Assembly (NCBI RefSeq): GCF_012571795.1
Contig: NZ_CP046222.1
Span: 60,819 to 92,818 of the forward strand
Reading direction: 5' to 3'
DNA from: Candidatus Saccharimonadota bacterium
GTDB lineage: Bacteria > Pseudomonadota > Gammaproteobacteria > Enterobacterales > Enterobacteriaceae
DNA length: 32,000 bases
In this document: positions 8,592 to 18,050 of the stretch, piece by piece
Layout: the number at the start of each line of letters is the position of its first letter
Position numbering within the stretch: the stretch's first letter is position 1
Notes under the pieces: generated by a model
What the model saw: the letters and a program-made list of their open reading frames with translations, nothing else
Told to the model about the DNA's origin: nothing
Database searches by the model: none
Translations under genes and position numbers: made by a program

Positions 8592-10130
8592 ATGTTAATT
8601 GGTGTACCAAAAGAAACATTTTCTAAGGAAAATAGAATTGCTATTATACCTACAGCAATTCCACAATTAATAAAATTAGGTTTTAATGTTTATGTTGAAA
8701 AAGATGCAGGAAATAAATCATTTTTTCAAAATCAAGATTTTATTGATAATGGTGCTACAATAGTAGATAATCATAAGATATGGAATGTTGATATAATTAT
8801 TAAGATTAATCCACCTAATCAAGAAGAAATAAATTTAATTAAAAGTAATACTATATTAATTAGTCTTATTTGGCCGATAAAAAATTATAATTTATTAAAA
8901 GTACTAGCTTTAAAAAACATCACGACTTTTGCTATGGATTATGTACCTAGAATTTCTCGTGCTCAATATATAGATGTATTAAGTTCTATGAGTAATTTAG
9001 CAGGATATCGTAGTGTTATTGAAGCAATATATTTATTAGCCAAACCATTAAATAGTCAAATTACAGCAGCAGGAAAAATCCAACCTGCTAAAGTTATGAT
9101 TATAGGTGCAGGAGTAGCAGGATTATCTGCAATTGCTACAGCTAAAAGTTTAGGAGCATTAGTTGTTGCATATGATCCACGAAAAGAAGTCAAAGAACAA
9201 ATTAATAGTATGGGTGCTAAATTTTTAGAATTAAAAAATAATACTAATGTAAATATGGTAAATAATAATTTAATATTAGATAAAGCAATTATATCAAATG
9301 AATTATATAATACTGATATTATTATTACTACAGCATCTATTCCTAACAAAAAATCTCCTATTTTAATAGATAAACAAATGTTAAACAAAATGAAAGCAGG
9401 TAGTATTATCATTGACTTAGCTATTGAAAATGGAGGTAATTGTGAATTAACAGAAATAGATAAAATTATTACTACAAATAATAATGTTAAAATTGTAGGT
9501 ATTACAAATATATCTAGTAAAGTACAAGTACAAGCATCAAAATTATACAGTAATAATATGATTAATTTCATTAAATTAATATCTAAGGACCATTTTGGCC
9601 ATGTAAATTTAAATAGTAAAGATGATATTATAAATCATATGCTTGTAACTTATAAAAAAAAAATTACTTTATCCAATAAAAAAGTATCCATTACACCAAC
9701 AATAAATAAAAAATCTGTTATATCAAAATCATTAAATAATGATAAACAGATTATTAATAGTCATGTAAATAAATCTGTTTGTAACAATAAATTATTATTA
9801 ACAGGATTATATGTATTAAGTTTTATATTAATAACATATATATCGAAATATATCACTCAAATAGCAATATTACATATTATTATCTTTATTTTATCTTGTA
9901 TAATAGGTTATTATGTAGTATGGAATGTAAATCATAAATTACATACACCATTAATGTCAGTTACTAATGCTATTTCAGGTATTATTATTATAGGTGTTAT
10001 TTTACAAATAAAAAATAATTTATTAATAGTTAATATTCTATCATTTATTAGTATTTTAGTATCTAGTATAAATATTTTTGGTGGTTTAACTATTACTAAA
10101 CGTATGTTAACAATGTTTTGTAAAAATTAA
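8592..10130 (+). CDS. pntA: NAD(P) transhydrogenase subunit alpha
   Basis: 512 aa. The N-terminus MLIGVPKE matches E. coli MRIGIPRE. The Rossmann motif IIGAGVAGL is present and the C-terminus has transmembrane helices. pntB follows directly. Confidence 0.95.
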   Translation: MLIGVPKETFSKENRIAIIPTAIPQLIKLGFNVYVEKDAGNKSFFQNQDFIDNGATIVDNHKIWNVDIIIKINPPNQEEINLIKSNTILISLIWPIKNYNLLKVLALKNITTFAMDYVPRISRAQYIDVLSSMSNLAGYRSVIEAIYLLAKPLNSQITAAGKIQPAKVMIIGAGVAGLSAIATAKSLGALVVAYDPRKEVKEQINSMGAKFLELKNNTNVNMVNNNLILDKAIISNELYNTDIIITTASIPNKKSPILIDKQMLNKMKAGSIIIDLAIENGGNCELTEIDKIITTNNNVKIVGITNISSKVQVQASKLYSNNMINFIKLISKDHFGHVNLNSKDDIINHMLVTYKKKITLSNKKVSITPTINKKSVISKSLNNDKQIINSHVNKSVCNNKLLLTGLYVLSFILITYISKYITQIAILHIIIFILSCIIGYYVVWNVNHKLHTPLMSVTNAISGIIIIGVILQIKNNLLIVNILSFISILVSSINIFGGLTITKRMLTMFCKN

Positions 10131-10145
10131 GAAAAGGACACATTA

Positions 10146-11534
10146 ATGTCTGATAAATTAATATCACTTATATATATTATATCTGCAATATGTTTTATAT
10201 TTAGTCTAGCATATTTATCGCAAAAAAAAACAGCGCATATAGGTAATTTATTAGCTATAAATGGCATGATGATTGCAGTTATTACAACTATTTTATTTAA
10301 TGCAACATTATATAATACAATATATATTGTAATAGCAGTTATTTTAGGTGCTTTTATTGGGATAAAGATATCAAAAAATATTAATATGACTCAAATTCCG
10401 CAATTCATAGCAATTTTACATAGTTTTGTAGGACTAACTGCTGTTATAGTAGGATTAAATAGTTATATATTAGTACATACATATCTTTCTAATATTCATA
10501 TTATACAATTAATAGAAATTTTTGTTAGTATTTTTATTGGTACAATAACATTTATCGGTTCTATTATAGCATTTGGTAAATTATCTGGATTATTATCTAC
10601 AAAAACATTAGTAGTAAAATATAAATATTTGATTAATATATTTATGATAATTATTACATGTATATTAATGTTTATGTTTTTAACAAATAATTCTTTTATA
10701 TCACAAATTGTTATATTAGGATTAATGATTTGTGTATCTTTAATTTTTGGATTTTATTTGATTATGGGTATTGGTGGTGCAGATATGCCTGTAATTGTAT
10801 CTATGTTAAATTCATATTCAGGTTGGGCAGCAGCAGCTTCTGGTTTTATTTTAACTAATGATTTATTAATTATTACAGGGGCTTTAGTAGGTGCGTCAGG
10901 AGCTATATTGTCATATTTAATGTGTAAAGGTATGAACAGATCTTTTTGGCAAGTGGTTTTTGGCAGTAATTATTATCCAAAAAATATTAATCATAGTAAT
11001 AATATTAAACAAAAACATCAAGAAATAAATATTGAAAAAACTATTAAAATTTTAAAAAATTCTAATAATATTATTATTGTTCCAGGATATGGATTAGCAG
11101 TATCCCAAGCACAATATTTATTATCACAAATGATATATAAATTAAAAAAATATAATATTAATATTAGATTGGCTATTCATCCTGTAGCAGGTAGATTACC
11201 TGGACATATGAATGTATTGTTAGCAGAAGCAAAAATACCATATAATATGGTTTTTGAAATGGATGAAATTAATAAAGATTTTTCTACAACAGATACAGTA
11301 TTGGTGATAGGAGCAAATGATACAGTAAATCCTTTAGCACAACAAGATCAAAATAGTCCTATTGCAGGAATGCCTGTTTTAGAAGTATGGAAATCTAATA
11401 ATATTATTATTTTTAAAAGAAGTATGGGGCAAGGTTATTCTGGTATAAATAATCCTTTATTTACAAGAAAAAACAGTTATATGTTGTTTGGAGATGCTAA
11501 AAATAATATTAATAAAATTTTAAGTAATATATAA
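10146..11534 (+). CDS. pntB: NAD(P) transhydrogenase subunit beta
   Basis: 462 aa. A multi-helix membrane N-terminal part is followed by the conserved dIII domain (IVPGYGLAVSQAQ, HPVAGRLPGHMNVLLAEA, VIGANDTVNP). Confidence 0.95.
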   Translation: MSDKLISLIYIISAICFIFSLAYLSQKKTAHIGNLLAINGMMIAVITTILFNATLYNTIYIVIAVILGAFIGIKISKNINMTQIPQFIAILHSFVGLTAVIVGLNSYILVHTYLSNIHIIQLIEIFVSIFIGTITFIGSIIAFGKLSGLLSTKTLVVKYKYLINIFMIIITCILMFMFLTNNSFISQIVILGLMICVSLIFGFYLIMGIGGADMPVIVSMLNSYSGWAAAASGFILTNDLLIITGALVGASGAILSYLMCKGMNRSFWQVVFGSNYYPKNINHSNNIKQKHQEINIEKTIKILKNSNNIIIVPGYGLAVSQAQYLLSQMIYKLKKYNINIRLAIHPVAGRLPGHMNVLLAEAKIPYNMVFEMDEINKDFSTTDTVLVIGANDTVNPLAQQDQNSPIAGMPVLEVWKSNNIIIFKRSMGQGYSGINNPLFTRKNSYMLFGDAKNNINKILSNI

Positions 11535-11539
11535 ATATT

Positions 11540-11585
11540 AAAGTTTACTCATTATGTATAATAAAATACATATTGAGTAAACTTT
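11540..11585. terminator. hairpin between convergent pntB and fnr (probable bidirectional terminator)
   Basis: AAAGTTTACTCA (11540..11551) is the exact reverse complement of TGAGTAAACTTT (11574..11585), giving a 12-bp stem. It fills the 58-nt gap between the two stop codons (11534 and 11593). Confidence 0.6.
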
Positions 11586-11592
11586 GTTAAAT

Positions 11593-12327
11593 TTAGTAAT
11601 GTACTAATTTTAATAATTTTAAATAATTATTAATTAAAATATATTTACCATGAATTACTAATATTTTATTTTTTTTAAATTTATTTAAAATTCTACTAAT
11701 TGTTTCTATTGTTAGACCTAAATAATTACCAATATCATTTCTACTCATAGATAATTTAATCTTATTTGTAGATATTCCTTTCATTCTAAAATTTTGAGAT
11801 AAATTATATATAAAAGTCGCTATTTTTTTTTCAGCATTACGTTTAGATAAAAGAAAAATTAACTGATAATTTTTCTTCATTTCTTTACTCATAATATTAA
11901 TAATATAGGAACTTATTGAAGGTATTTTATCACATAAAAATTTAAATATATTTAATGGTATTATACATAAGATGGATTTATCTATTACTTGACTAAAACT
12001 ATTATAATAACCACTATTAAATCCATCTAATCCAAATAAATCTCCAATATAATTAAATTTAATAATTTGTTCTTCACCATGCTTAGTAATAAAAAAGTTT
12101 TTAATTATACCAGAACACAATATATATAAATATTTAACAGTATCTTTTTCTTTAAAAATAATAGATCCCTTTTGTAATATTTTTCTTTTAATAAAAACTT
12201 TATTAAATTTTGTGATTTTACTATGAATATAATTCGATATACATTGTTTATATATAAAACAATCTTGACAATTAAAATTATTAATATTTAAACTAATATC
12301 TTTATTATATTGTTTTTTTAAAATCAT
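11593..12327 (-). CDS. fnr: oxygen-sensing transcriptional regulator FNR (CRP/FNR family)
   Basis: 244 aa. The N-terminal NCQDCFIYKQC places Cys at 20, 23 and 29, exactly as in E. coli FNR (HCQDCSISQLC). A fourth Cys sits at 121 (SILCIIPL versus E. coli SMVCEIPF, C122). The helix-turn-helix RNDIGNYLGLTIETISRIL matches E. coli RGDIGNYLGLTVETISRLL. Confidence 0.9.
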   Translation of the reverse strand: MILKKQYNKDISLNINNFNCQDCFIYKQCISNYIHSKITKFNKVFIKRKILQKGSIIFKEKDTVKYLYILCSGIIKNFFITKHGEEQIIKFNYIGDLFGLDGFNSGYYNSFSQVIDKSILCIIPLNIFKFLCDKIPSISSYIINIMSKEMKKNYQLIFLLSKRNAEKKIATFIYNLSQNFRMKGISTNKIKLSMSRNDIGNYLGLTIETISRILNKFKKNKILVIHGKYILINNYLKLLKLVHY

Positions 12328-12415
12328 TATTTTGTCTCTAAAATAATAAAAATTATGTTTAATAAATATTTATTTATAAATATATACAAATGTACTTATT
12401 ATTTTGATAATAATT

Positions 12416-14833
12416 TTATGGACGTTTAACAGGTGAAGTAGCATATTGTTTAGCAATATGTCCTCCGGCACCCTTATTATTTTTATTGATATTAAATTTA
12501 GTATGTATTATATTATGAATATTTTTGTTTGTATTTGCAATATGATTTAATTTATCATTATTATAAATTATTTTTTTATATGCATAATTATTATTTTTAA
12601 TATTAATTAAATTAAAAAAATTATTAATATTAAAATATATTTTGTTAAATTTATATATATTACTAATATGATTAGTACTATAATGATATTTATATTTATA
12701 TTTAATTTGATATATTAAATTATATTGAGCATAATAAGACCATAATTTCCATTTATATTTTTGAGTAATATTTGTAAATGTTACTAATTTATATTTTTTT
12801 TTTAAACAAATATTATTTTTTGGGTTTTTTAAAAAATATATATTATTTAAAAAATTTTGATGAAAATTATTATAATTATTAAAACCATATAAAAATATGT
12901 TGTTTAATTTAAATGATTTTTTAAATAAATTAAAATTATTGTTTGTTACTAAAAAATATTTATTTTTAGGTAAAATATAATAATTATTAAAAGTAATAAT
13001 ATGACTCAAATTATTATTTTTTATTGATTTATATGTTTTACTATATATAATATTTTTTATAAAAAAAATATTATTAATGATCCAATGCATACTATAGATC
13101 ATATTATTAAATAAATTATTAATCATATTAAGTAATAAATATATATATTGCTTATTTAATTTAAACATAAATTTTAATAATAATATTACTTTATGCAAAA
13201 AAAATTTTTTATTACTAAATAAAGTATATTTATTAAAAATATTATAATCAAAAAAATTATTGTGTAATAAAAAATCTTTATTATACTGATCATTACTATT
13301 TTTTTGTATATTAGATTTTTTTTTAGATAAATAATGTATATTTTTTATATTTGTACTATGTTTTATTCTTGTTAAATGATAATTAGGAGTATTTAATTCA
13401 TTATTAGGTATGATAAATACTTTTATATTTCTATTTTCAATAGTATTAATAACCTCTTTTTTAATATTTAATAAATAGAAAGCAATTTTTGTTGGTACAA
13501 TAACATGTATTTCTTTTGTTCTGTCTTTAAAAGATACTTCTTCTATTAATCTTAAAATAGATAGAGATAAAGATTTATTATTTCTTATAATACTATTACC
13601 AGAACATCTAGGACATGTATAATAATTAGATTCTTTTAAAGATGAACTTAATCTTTGTCTAGACATTTCTAATAATCCAAACTTAGAAATTTGATTAATT
13701 TTTATCTTGGCTCTATCATCTTTTATTTGTTCTTTTAATCTTTGTTCTATTGCTCTTTGATGTTTAACTGGTGACATATCAATGAAATCTATAACAATTA
13801 AACCTCCTACATCACGTAATCTTAATTGTCTGGCAATTTCATCAGCAGCTTCTAAATTAATATTAAAAGCTGTTTCTTCTATATCTGATCCTTGAGTAGC
13901 TTTAGATGAATTAACATCAATAGACGTTAATGCTTCAGTAGTATCTATAATAATAGATCCTCCAGAAGATAATTTTACCTTTCTTTGAAAAGCAGTTTCT
14001 ATTTGTGTTTCAATTTGATAATAACTAAATAATGGTATTGTACCATTATATAATTTAAGTTTATGAGATAATTCAGTACGACCTAATAAATTAATATATT
14101 TTTTAGCTAATTTAAGTATTGTAATATTATCAATTAAAATTTCATGTATGTCTTTACTTAAATAATCTCTTAATGCACGAATAATAATATTACTTTCTTG
14201 ATGAATTAAAAAGGGTGCAGGATTATTATTAGAAACTTTTTTTAAAAAATTCCAATGTTTTAATCTAAATTTTAAATCTGTTTTTAATACTTTTATATCT
14301 TGTCCTAATCCTGCTGTACGAATTATTAACCCCATATTATCAGGTATTGGTAACAAAGATAGTATATCTTTCAATGTATTCTTTTCGCTTTTTTTAATTT
14401 TTTTAGAAATACCTCTAATATGTGGATTATTAGGTAAAAGTACTAAATAACTGCTTGCTAAACTTAAGAATGTAGTTAGTGAAGCTCCTTTATTACCACG
14501 TTCTTCTTTATTAATTTGGACAATAATTTCTTTTCCTTCTACTAATATATTTTTAATTAGTAAATTATTATTCATAACATCATTATGTATATAATCTGGT
14601 AAATATTCTTGTGAAATTTCTTTTAAAGGTAAAAAACCATGTTTTTCCATTCCATAATCTATAAATACTGCACCTAAACTAGGTTCGAAATGACTAATTT
14701 TACCTTTATATATATTAGATTTTTTTTGTTTATGTTGAGTATCTTCTATGTCTAAATCATGTAATCTTTTACCATAAACTATTGCAATACGTATTTCTTC
14801 TTTTTGAGTGGCATTTATTAACATTTTTTTCAT
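12416..14833 (-). CDS. rne: ribonuclease E
   Basis: 805 aa. The N-terminal roughly 500 aa align with the E. coli RNase E catalytic half: MKKMLINATQKEEIRIAIV, the S1 domain, and the Zn-link CPRCSG. The C-terminal roughly 300 aa are low-complexity and end in KGAGGHIAKQYATSPVKRP. Confidence 0.95.
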   Translation of the reverse strand: MKKMLINATQKEEIRIAIVYGKRLHDLDIEDTQHKQKKSNIYKGKISHFEPSLGAVFIDYGMEKHGFLPLKEISQEYLPDYIHNDVMNNNLLIKNILVEGKEIIVQINKEERGNKGASLTTFLSLASSYLVLLPNNPHIRGISKKIKKSEKNTLKDILSLLPIPDNMGLIIRTAGLGQDIKVLKTDLKFRLKHWNFLKKVSNNNPAPFLIHQESNIIIRALRDYLSKDIHEILIDNITILKLAKKYINLLGRTELSHKLKLYNGTIPLFSYYQIETQIETAFQRKVKLSSGGSIIIDTTEALTSIDVNSSKATQGSDIEETAFNINLEAADEIARQLRLRDVGGLIVIDFIDMSPVKHQRAIEQRLKEQIKDDRAKIKINQISKFGLLEMSRQRLSSSLKESNYYTCPRCSGNSIIRNNKSLSLSILRLIEEVSFKDRTKEIHVIVPTKIAFYLLNIKKEVINTIENRNIKVFIIPNNELNTPNYHLTRIKHSTNIKNIHYLSKKKSNIQKNSNDQYNKDFLLHNNFFDYNIFNKYTLFSNKKFFLHKVILLLKFMFKLNKQYIYLLLNMINNLFNNMIYSMHWIINNIFFIKNIIYSKTYKSIKNNNLSHIITFNNYYILPKNKYFLVTNNNFNLFKKSFKLNNIFLYGFNNYNNFHQNFLNNIYFLKNPKNNICLKKKYKLVTFTNITQKYKWKLWSYYAQYNLIYQIKYKYKYHYSTNHISNIYKFNKIYFNINNFFNLINIKNNNYAYKKIIYNNDKLNHIANTNKNIHNIIHTKFNINKNNKGAGGHIAKQYATSPVKRP

Positions 14834-14954
14834 AATAACTTACTCGTTATATATTTAATATATATATTTATTTTATTAAATTGAGAAGTAAAAATTCTTT
14901 AATTATTTATAATATTATTTAGTAAAAATTATTATCCTAAAATATAATATACAA

Positions 14955-14996
14955 TAATATTATAACAAAATTATATATAATTTTGTTATAATATTA
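14955..14996. repeat. 42-nt perfect palindrome in the rne/rluC divergent intergenic region
   Basis: I checked base by base that 14955..14975 is the exact reverse complement of 14976..14996 (TAATATTATAACAAAATTATA|TATAATTTTGTTATAATATTA). It lies 122-163 nt upstream of the rne ATG and 41-82 nt upstream of the rluC ATG. Confidence 0.5.
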
Positions 14997-15036
14997 AAAT
15001 TACTTATCATACTGCATATTTATTAATGGTTAAAAA

Positions 15037-15999
15037 ATGTATAGTAATATAGGAAATCAGTTTATTAATATATCTGATGATATGTATAATCAAAGAATTG
15101 ATAATTTTTTGATTAAAATATTAAAAAATATTCCTAAAAGTATTATTTATAAAAATATTAGAATAGGTAAAATTAAAATTAATAATAAAAAAATATTACC
15201 TAAATATAAATTAAATATTAATGATATATTATATATTCCTAATATATATATAAACAAAATAATAAAAAAAAAATCTAATCTTAATATTAATAAAATTAAA
15301 TTTTTAAAAAATATTATACTTTTTGAAGATAAATATATTTTAGCTATTAATAAACCAACAGGCATAGCTGTTCATGGTGGTAGTGGTATTAACTATGGGA
15401 TAATAGAAAATTTACGTTTTATATATAAAAAAATTAAGTTTTTAGAATTAGTACATAGAATTGATAAAGATACTTCGGGGATATTATTAATTGCAAAAAA
15501 AAAATATGTTTTACAAAATTTACATAAACAATTAAGAGAACAAACTATTCAAAAAGAATATTTAGCTTTAGTAAAAGGTAATAGTCAAGAAAAAAAATAT
15601 TTATATATTAAAAGTTTTTTATTAAAAAATTTTTCTAATAAAAAAAATAAAGTTATTGTTCATGATACTAAAGGAAAATTTTCAATAACTAAATATAAAA
15701 TTATAAAAAATTACAAAAATACTATGTTAGTTAAAATAATACCATTAACAGGACGAACACATCAAATTAGAGTGCATATGGCTTATGTTGGACACCCTAT
15801 AGTTTATGATCAACGTTATGGTGATAATGAATTTAATATACAATTAAAAAATAATATAAATTTACAACGATTATTTTTACATGCTTATAAAATCAATTTT
15901 ATTCATCCAATTACTAATAAAAACATTAATCTTTGTGCACCTCTTGATGAATTATTAATACAGTATTTAGCAACATTAAAAAAAATTACTCATGATTGA
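15037..15999 (+). CDS. rluC: 23S rRNA pseudouridine(955/2504/2580) synthase
   Basis: 320 aa. QRIDNFL plus an S4-like N-terminus, HGGSG, LELVHRIDKDTSGILLIAKK (catalytic Asp) and GRTHQIRVH all match E. coli RluC. It is divergent from rne, as in E. coli. Confidence 0.9.
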   Translation: MYSNIGNQFINISDDMYNQRIDNFLIKILKNIPKSIIYKNIRIGKIKINNKKILPKYKLNINDILYIPNIYINKIIKKKSNLNINKIKFLKNIILFEDKYILAINKPTGIAVHGGSGINYGIIENLRFIYKKIKFLELVHRIDKDTSGILLIAKKKYVLQNLHKQLREQTIQKEYLALVKGNSQEKKYLYIKSFLLKNFSNKKNKVIVHDTKGKFSITKYKIIKNYKNTMLVKIIPLTGRTHQIRVHMAYVGHPIVYDQRYGDNEFNIQLKNNINLQRLFLHAYKINFIHPITNKNINLCAPLDELLIQYLATLKKITHD

Positions 16000-16004
16000 C
16001 TTAG

Positions 16005-16033
16005 TTGAAAATCTTATCATTAAATTATATAAT
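16005..16033 (+). promoter_or_regulatory. candidate sigma-70 promoter for rpmF-fab operon
   Basis: TTGAAA (16005..16010), an exact 17-nt spacer, then TATAAT (16028..16033), about 48 nt upstream of the rpmF ATG. TATAAT-like words are common by chance in this composition, so confidence is low. Confidence 0.35.
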
Positions 16034-16080
16034 AATCATGTATGTAATATTTTTATATAATTATATAGGATACGTAAATT

Positions 16081-16260
16081 ATGGCAGTACAAAAACAAAA
16101 AAAATCCAGAGCAAAAAGAGGCATGCGTCGTTCTCATCAGTGTATTTCACTAAATAAAATTCTTTTGGTAGATAAAAGAACAGGTAAAAAAAATTTATAT
16201 CATCATATATCCATAGACGGATATTACCGAGGTAAAAAAATTATTAACACATCTTCTTAA
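16081..16260 (+). CDS. rpmF: 50S ribosomal protein L32
   Basis: Not in the ORF track (59 aa). Manual translation gives [59 protein letters not shown]. E. coli L32 is [21 protein letters not shown]...HHITADGYYRGRKVIAK. Confidence 0.95.
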   Translation: [59 protein letters not shown]

Positions 16261-16337
16261 AAATATAAATATTATATATTTATATTTTTTAAATTATTTA
16301 TATAATTAAATAAAATATATTTCTAAATATAAAAAAC

Positions 16338-17296
16338 ATGATTAAATTTGCCGCTATTTTCCCAGGACAAGGTATTAAACATATTAATATTTTATCTGAT
16401 TTGTATAAACGTTATAAAATTATTCAGCAAACATTTGATAATGCATCTAATATTCTTGGATATAATTTATGGCATTTAATAAAATATGGTCCACAAGAAA
16501 AATTAAATATCACATATTATGCTCAACCTGCTATACTTACCACATCTATAGCATTATATAAATTATGGATCAAACAAAGTAATTGCATGCCTCAAATTAC
16601 AGCTGGACATAGTTTAGGAGAGTATAGTGCATTAGTTTGTAGTAAAGTTATTAATTTTCATGATGCAATTAGACTTGTTGAATTAAGAGGTAAATTAATG
16701 GATACAGTTACAAAATCCTTTAATGATTATCATCATAATGGATGTTATATGCAAGTAATAATAGGTTTAAAAAAAAAATAGTGGAAAATATTTGTAAGAA
16801 TATCTCTCAAAAAAATATAATTTCCATAGCATGTGTTAATACACAAAAACATATTACAATTAGTGGTAATAAATATGCTATAACAAAAGCTATAAAAATA
16901 TTTAAAATATTAGGAGCAAAAATTATACCATTAAATATAAATATACCTATACATTGTATATTAATGAAACCTATAATTAAACAATTTCATAATTTATTAA
17001 ACACTATTAAAATTAAAAAACCTATTATACCATACGTTAATAATGTAGATGTAAAATTTGAAACACATCCAGAAAAAATAAAAAATGCTTTAATTCGTCA
17101 TATATATTGTACAGTGCATTGGTACAATTGTATGAAATATATAGAAAAAAAACATATATTTAATTTCATAGAATTTAATACCTGTAATATTTTAAATAAA
17201 TTTTCTCAACATATAACCAAAAAAAATAATGTTATAACACTTTATAATCAACAAATGTTAGATATTGCATTAAAAAAATATTTGTTTAAAACATAA
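16338..17296 (+). pseudogene. fabD: malonyl-CoA:ACP transacylase FabD, interrupted by a 1-nt frameshift in an A10 tract (pseudogene, or rescued by slippage, or an assembly error)
   Basis: Two overlapping ORFs (16338..16781 and 16742..17296) together align colinearly with E. coli FabD. ORF1 has FPGQG and the GHSLGEYSAL active-site Ser. ORF2 has PIHCILMKP (E. coli PSHCALMKP) and VNNVDVK. The frame switch falls within the run of 10 A at 16769..16778. Confidence 0.85.
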
Positions 17297-17312
17297 AGGA
17301 AAAAATTAATAA

Positions 17313-18050
17313 ATGAATTTTACAGGACAAATAGTTTTAATTACAGGAGCTAATAGAGGTATAGGATTTAATATTTCTAAAACATTAGCAAATTTTGGTG
17401 CATATGTGATTGGCACTGCTACTAGTGAAGATGGTGTAAAAATTATTAATAATAATTTAGGTACAAAAGGCATTGGAAAAATATTAAATTTTATAGATGA
17501 TACATCATCTATTATAAATATAGTTAAATTTATTATTAAAAAATTTAGAAAAATTGATATTTTAATAAATAATGCAGGTATTATAAATGATAACTTATTA
17601 ATAAAAATGACAGATCATGAATGGGAAAATGTTTTAAAAATTAATTTAACTTCTGTTTTTAAAATATCTAGAATAGTTATAAAATATATGCTAAAGAAAA
17701 AATTTGGTCGTGTTATTACTATTGGATCAGTTGTAAATTTTATAGGTAATATTGGACAAATTAATTATTCAACATCTAAAGCTGGTATTATTGGTTTTAG
17801 TAAAACATTAGCTAAAGAAGTCGCATCTCATGGTATTACTGTCAATGTAATTGCACCAGGTTATATAAATACTGATATGACTGCGAATATATCTAAAAAC
17901 AAAAAAAAAAAAATTATAGATCAAATTCCTATTAAACGGTTTGGTAATGTTAAAGAAGTAACAAATGTTGTACTTTTTTTAGCTTCCAAAAAATCATCAT
18001 ATATAACTGGAGAAACAATTCATGTTAATGGTGGTTTATATATGTCATAA
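17313..18050 (+). CDS. fabG: 3-oxoacyl-[acyl-carrier-protein] reductase
   Basis: 245-aa SDR with ITGANRGIG, NNAGI, the catalytic YSTSK and GETIHVNGGLYM, as in E. coli FabG. Contains an in-frame A13 run (17901..17913). Confidence 0.95.
   Translation: MNFTGQIVLITGANRGIGFNISKTLANFGAYVIGTATSEDGVKIINNNLGTKGIGKILNFIDDTSSIINIVKFIIKKFRKIDILINNAGIINDNLLIKMTDHEWENVLKINLTSVFKISRIVIKYMLKKKFGRVITIGSVVNFIGNIGQINYSTSKAGIIGFSKTLAKEVASHGITVNVIAPGYINTDMTANISKNKKKKIIDQIPIKRFGNVKEVTNVVLFLASKKSSYITGETIHVNGGLYMS

Noticed and set aside
9056-9571. 171-aa minus-strand ORF, the longest antisense ORF in the window
   Set aside because: It mirrors the GC-richer NAD-binding region of pntA (IIGAGVAGL...), where stop codons are rarer on the opposite strand. 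It has no motif, and pntA conservation explains the sequence.
12404-12417. TTGATAATAATTTT as a possible autoregulatory FNR box upstream of fnr
   Set aside because: Only about 7 of 10 positions match TTGATnnnnATCAA, and the second half-site is essentially absent. It is indistinguishable from background in this composition.
12476-13330. The extremely A/T-rich, repetitive-looking stretch as a non-coding spacer, tandem repeat or decayed mobile element
   Set aside because: It is one continuous open frame joined to the rne catalytic domain and ends in a conserved-looking motif. I saw no exact tandem unit. It is reported as a finding about rne instead.
15147-15365. 72-aa minus-strand ORF
   Set aside because: It is antisense inside rluC and its product is low-complexity.
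16338-17296. The two fabD ORFs as two separate functional genes (split FabD)
   Set aside because: The second ORF's own ATG (16742) lies inside the first ORF and has no RBS. The break falls exactly in a homopolymer and in the middle of a single fold. A frameshift is the simpler explanation.
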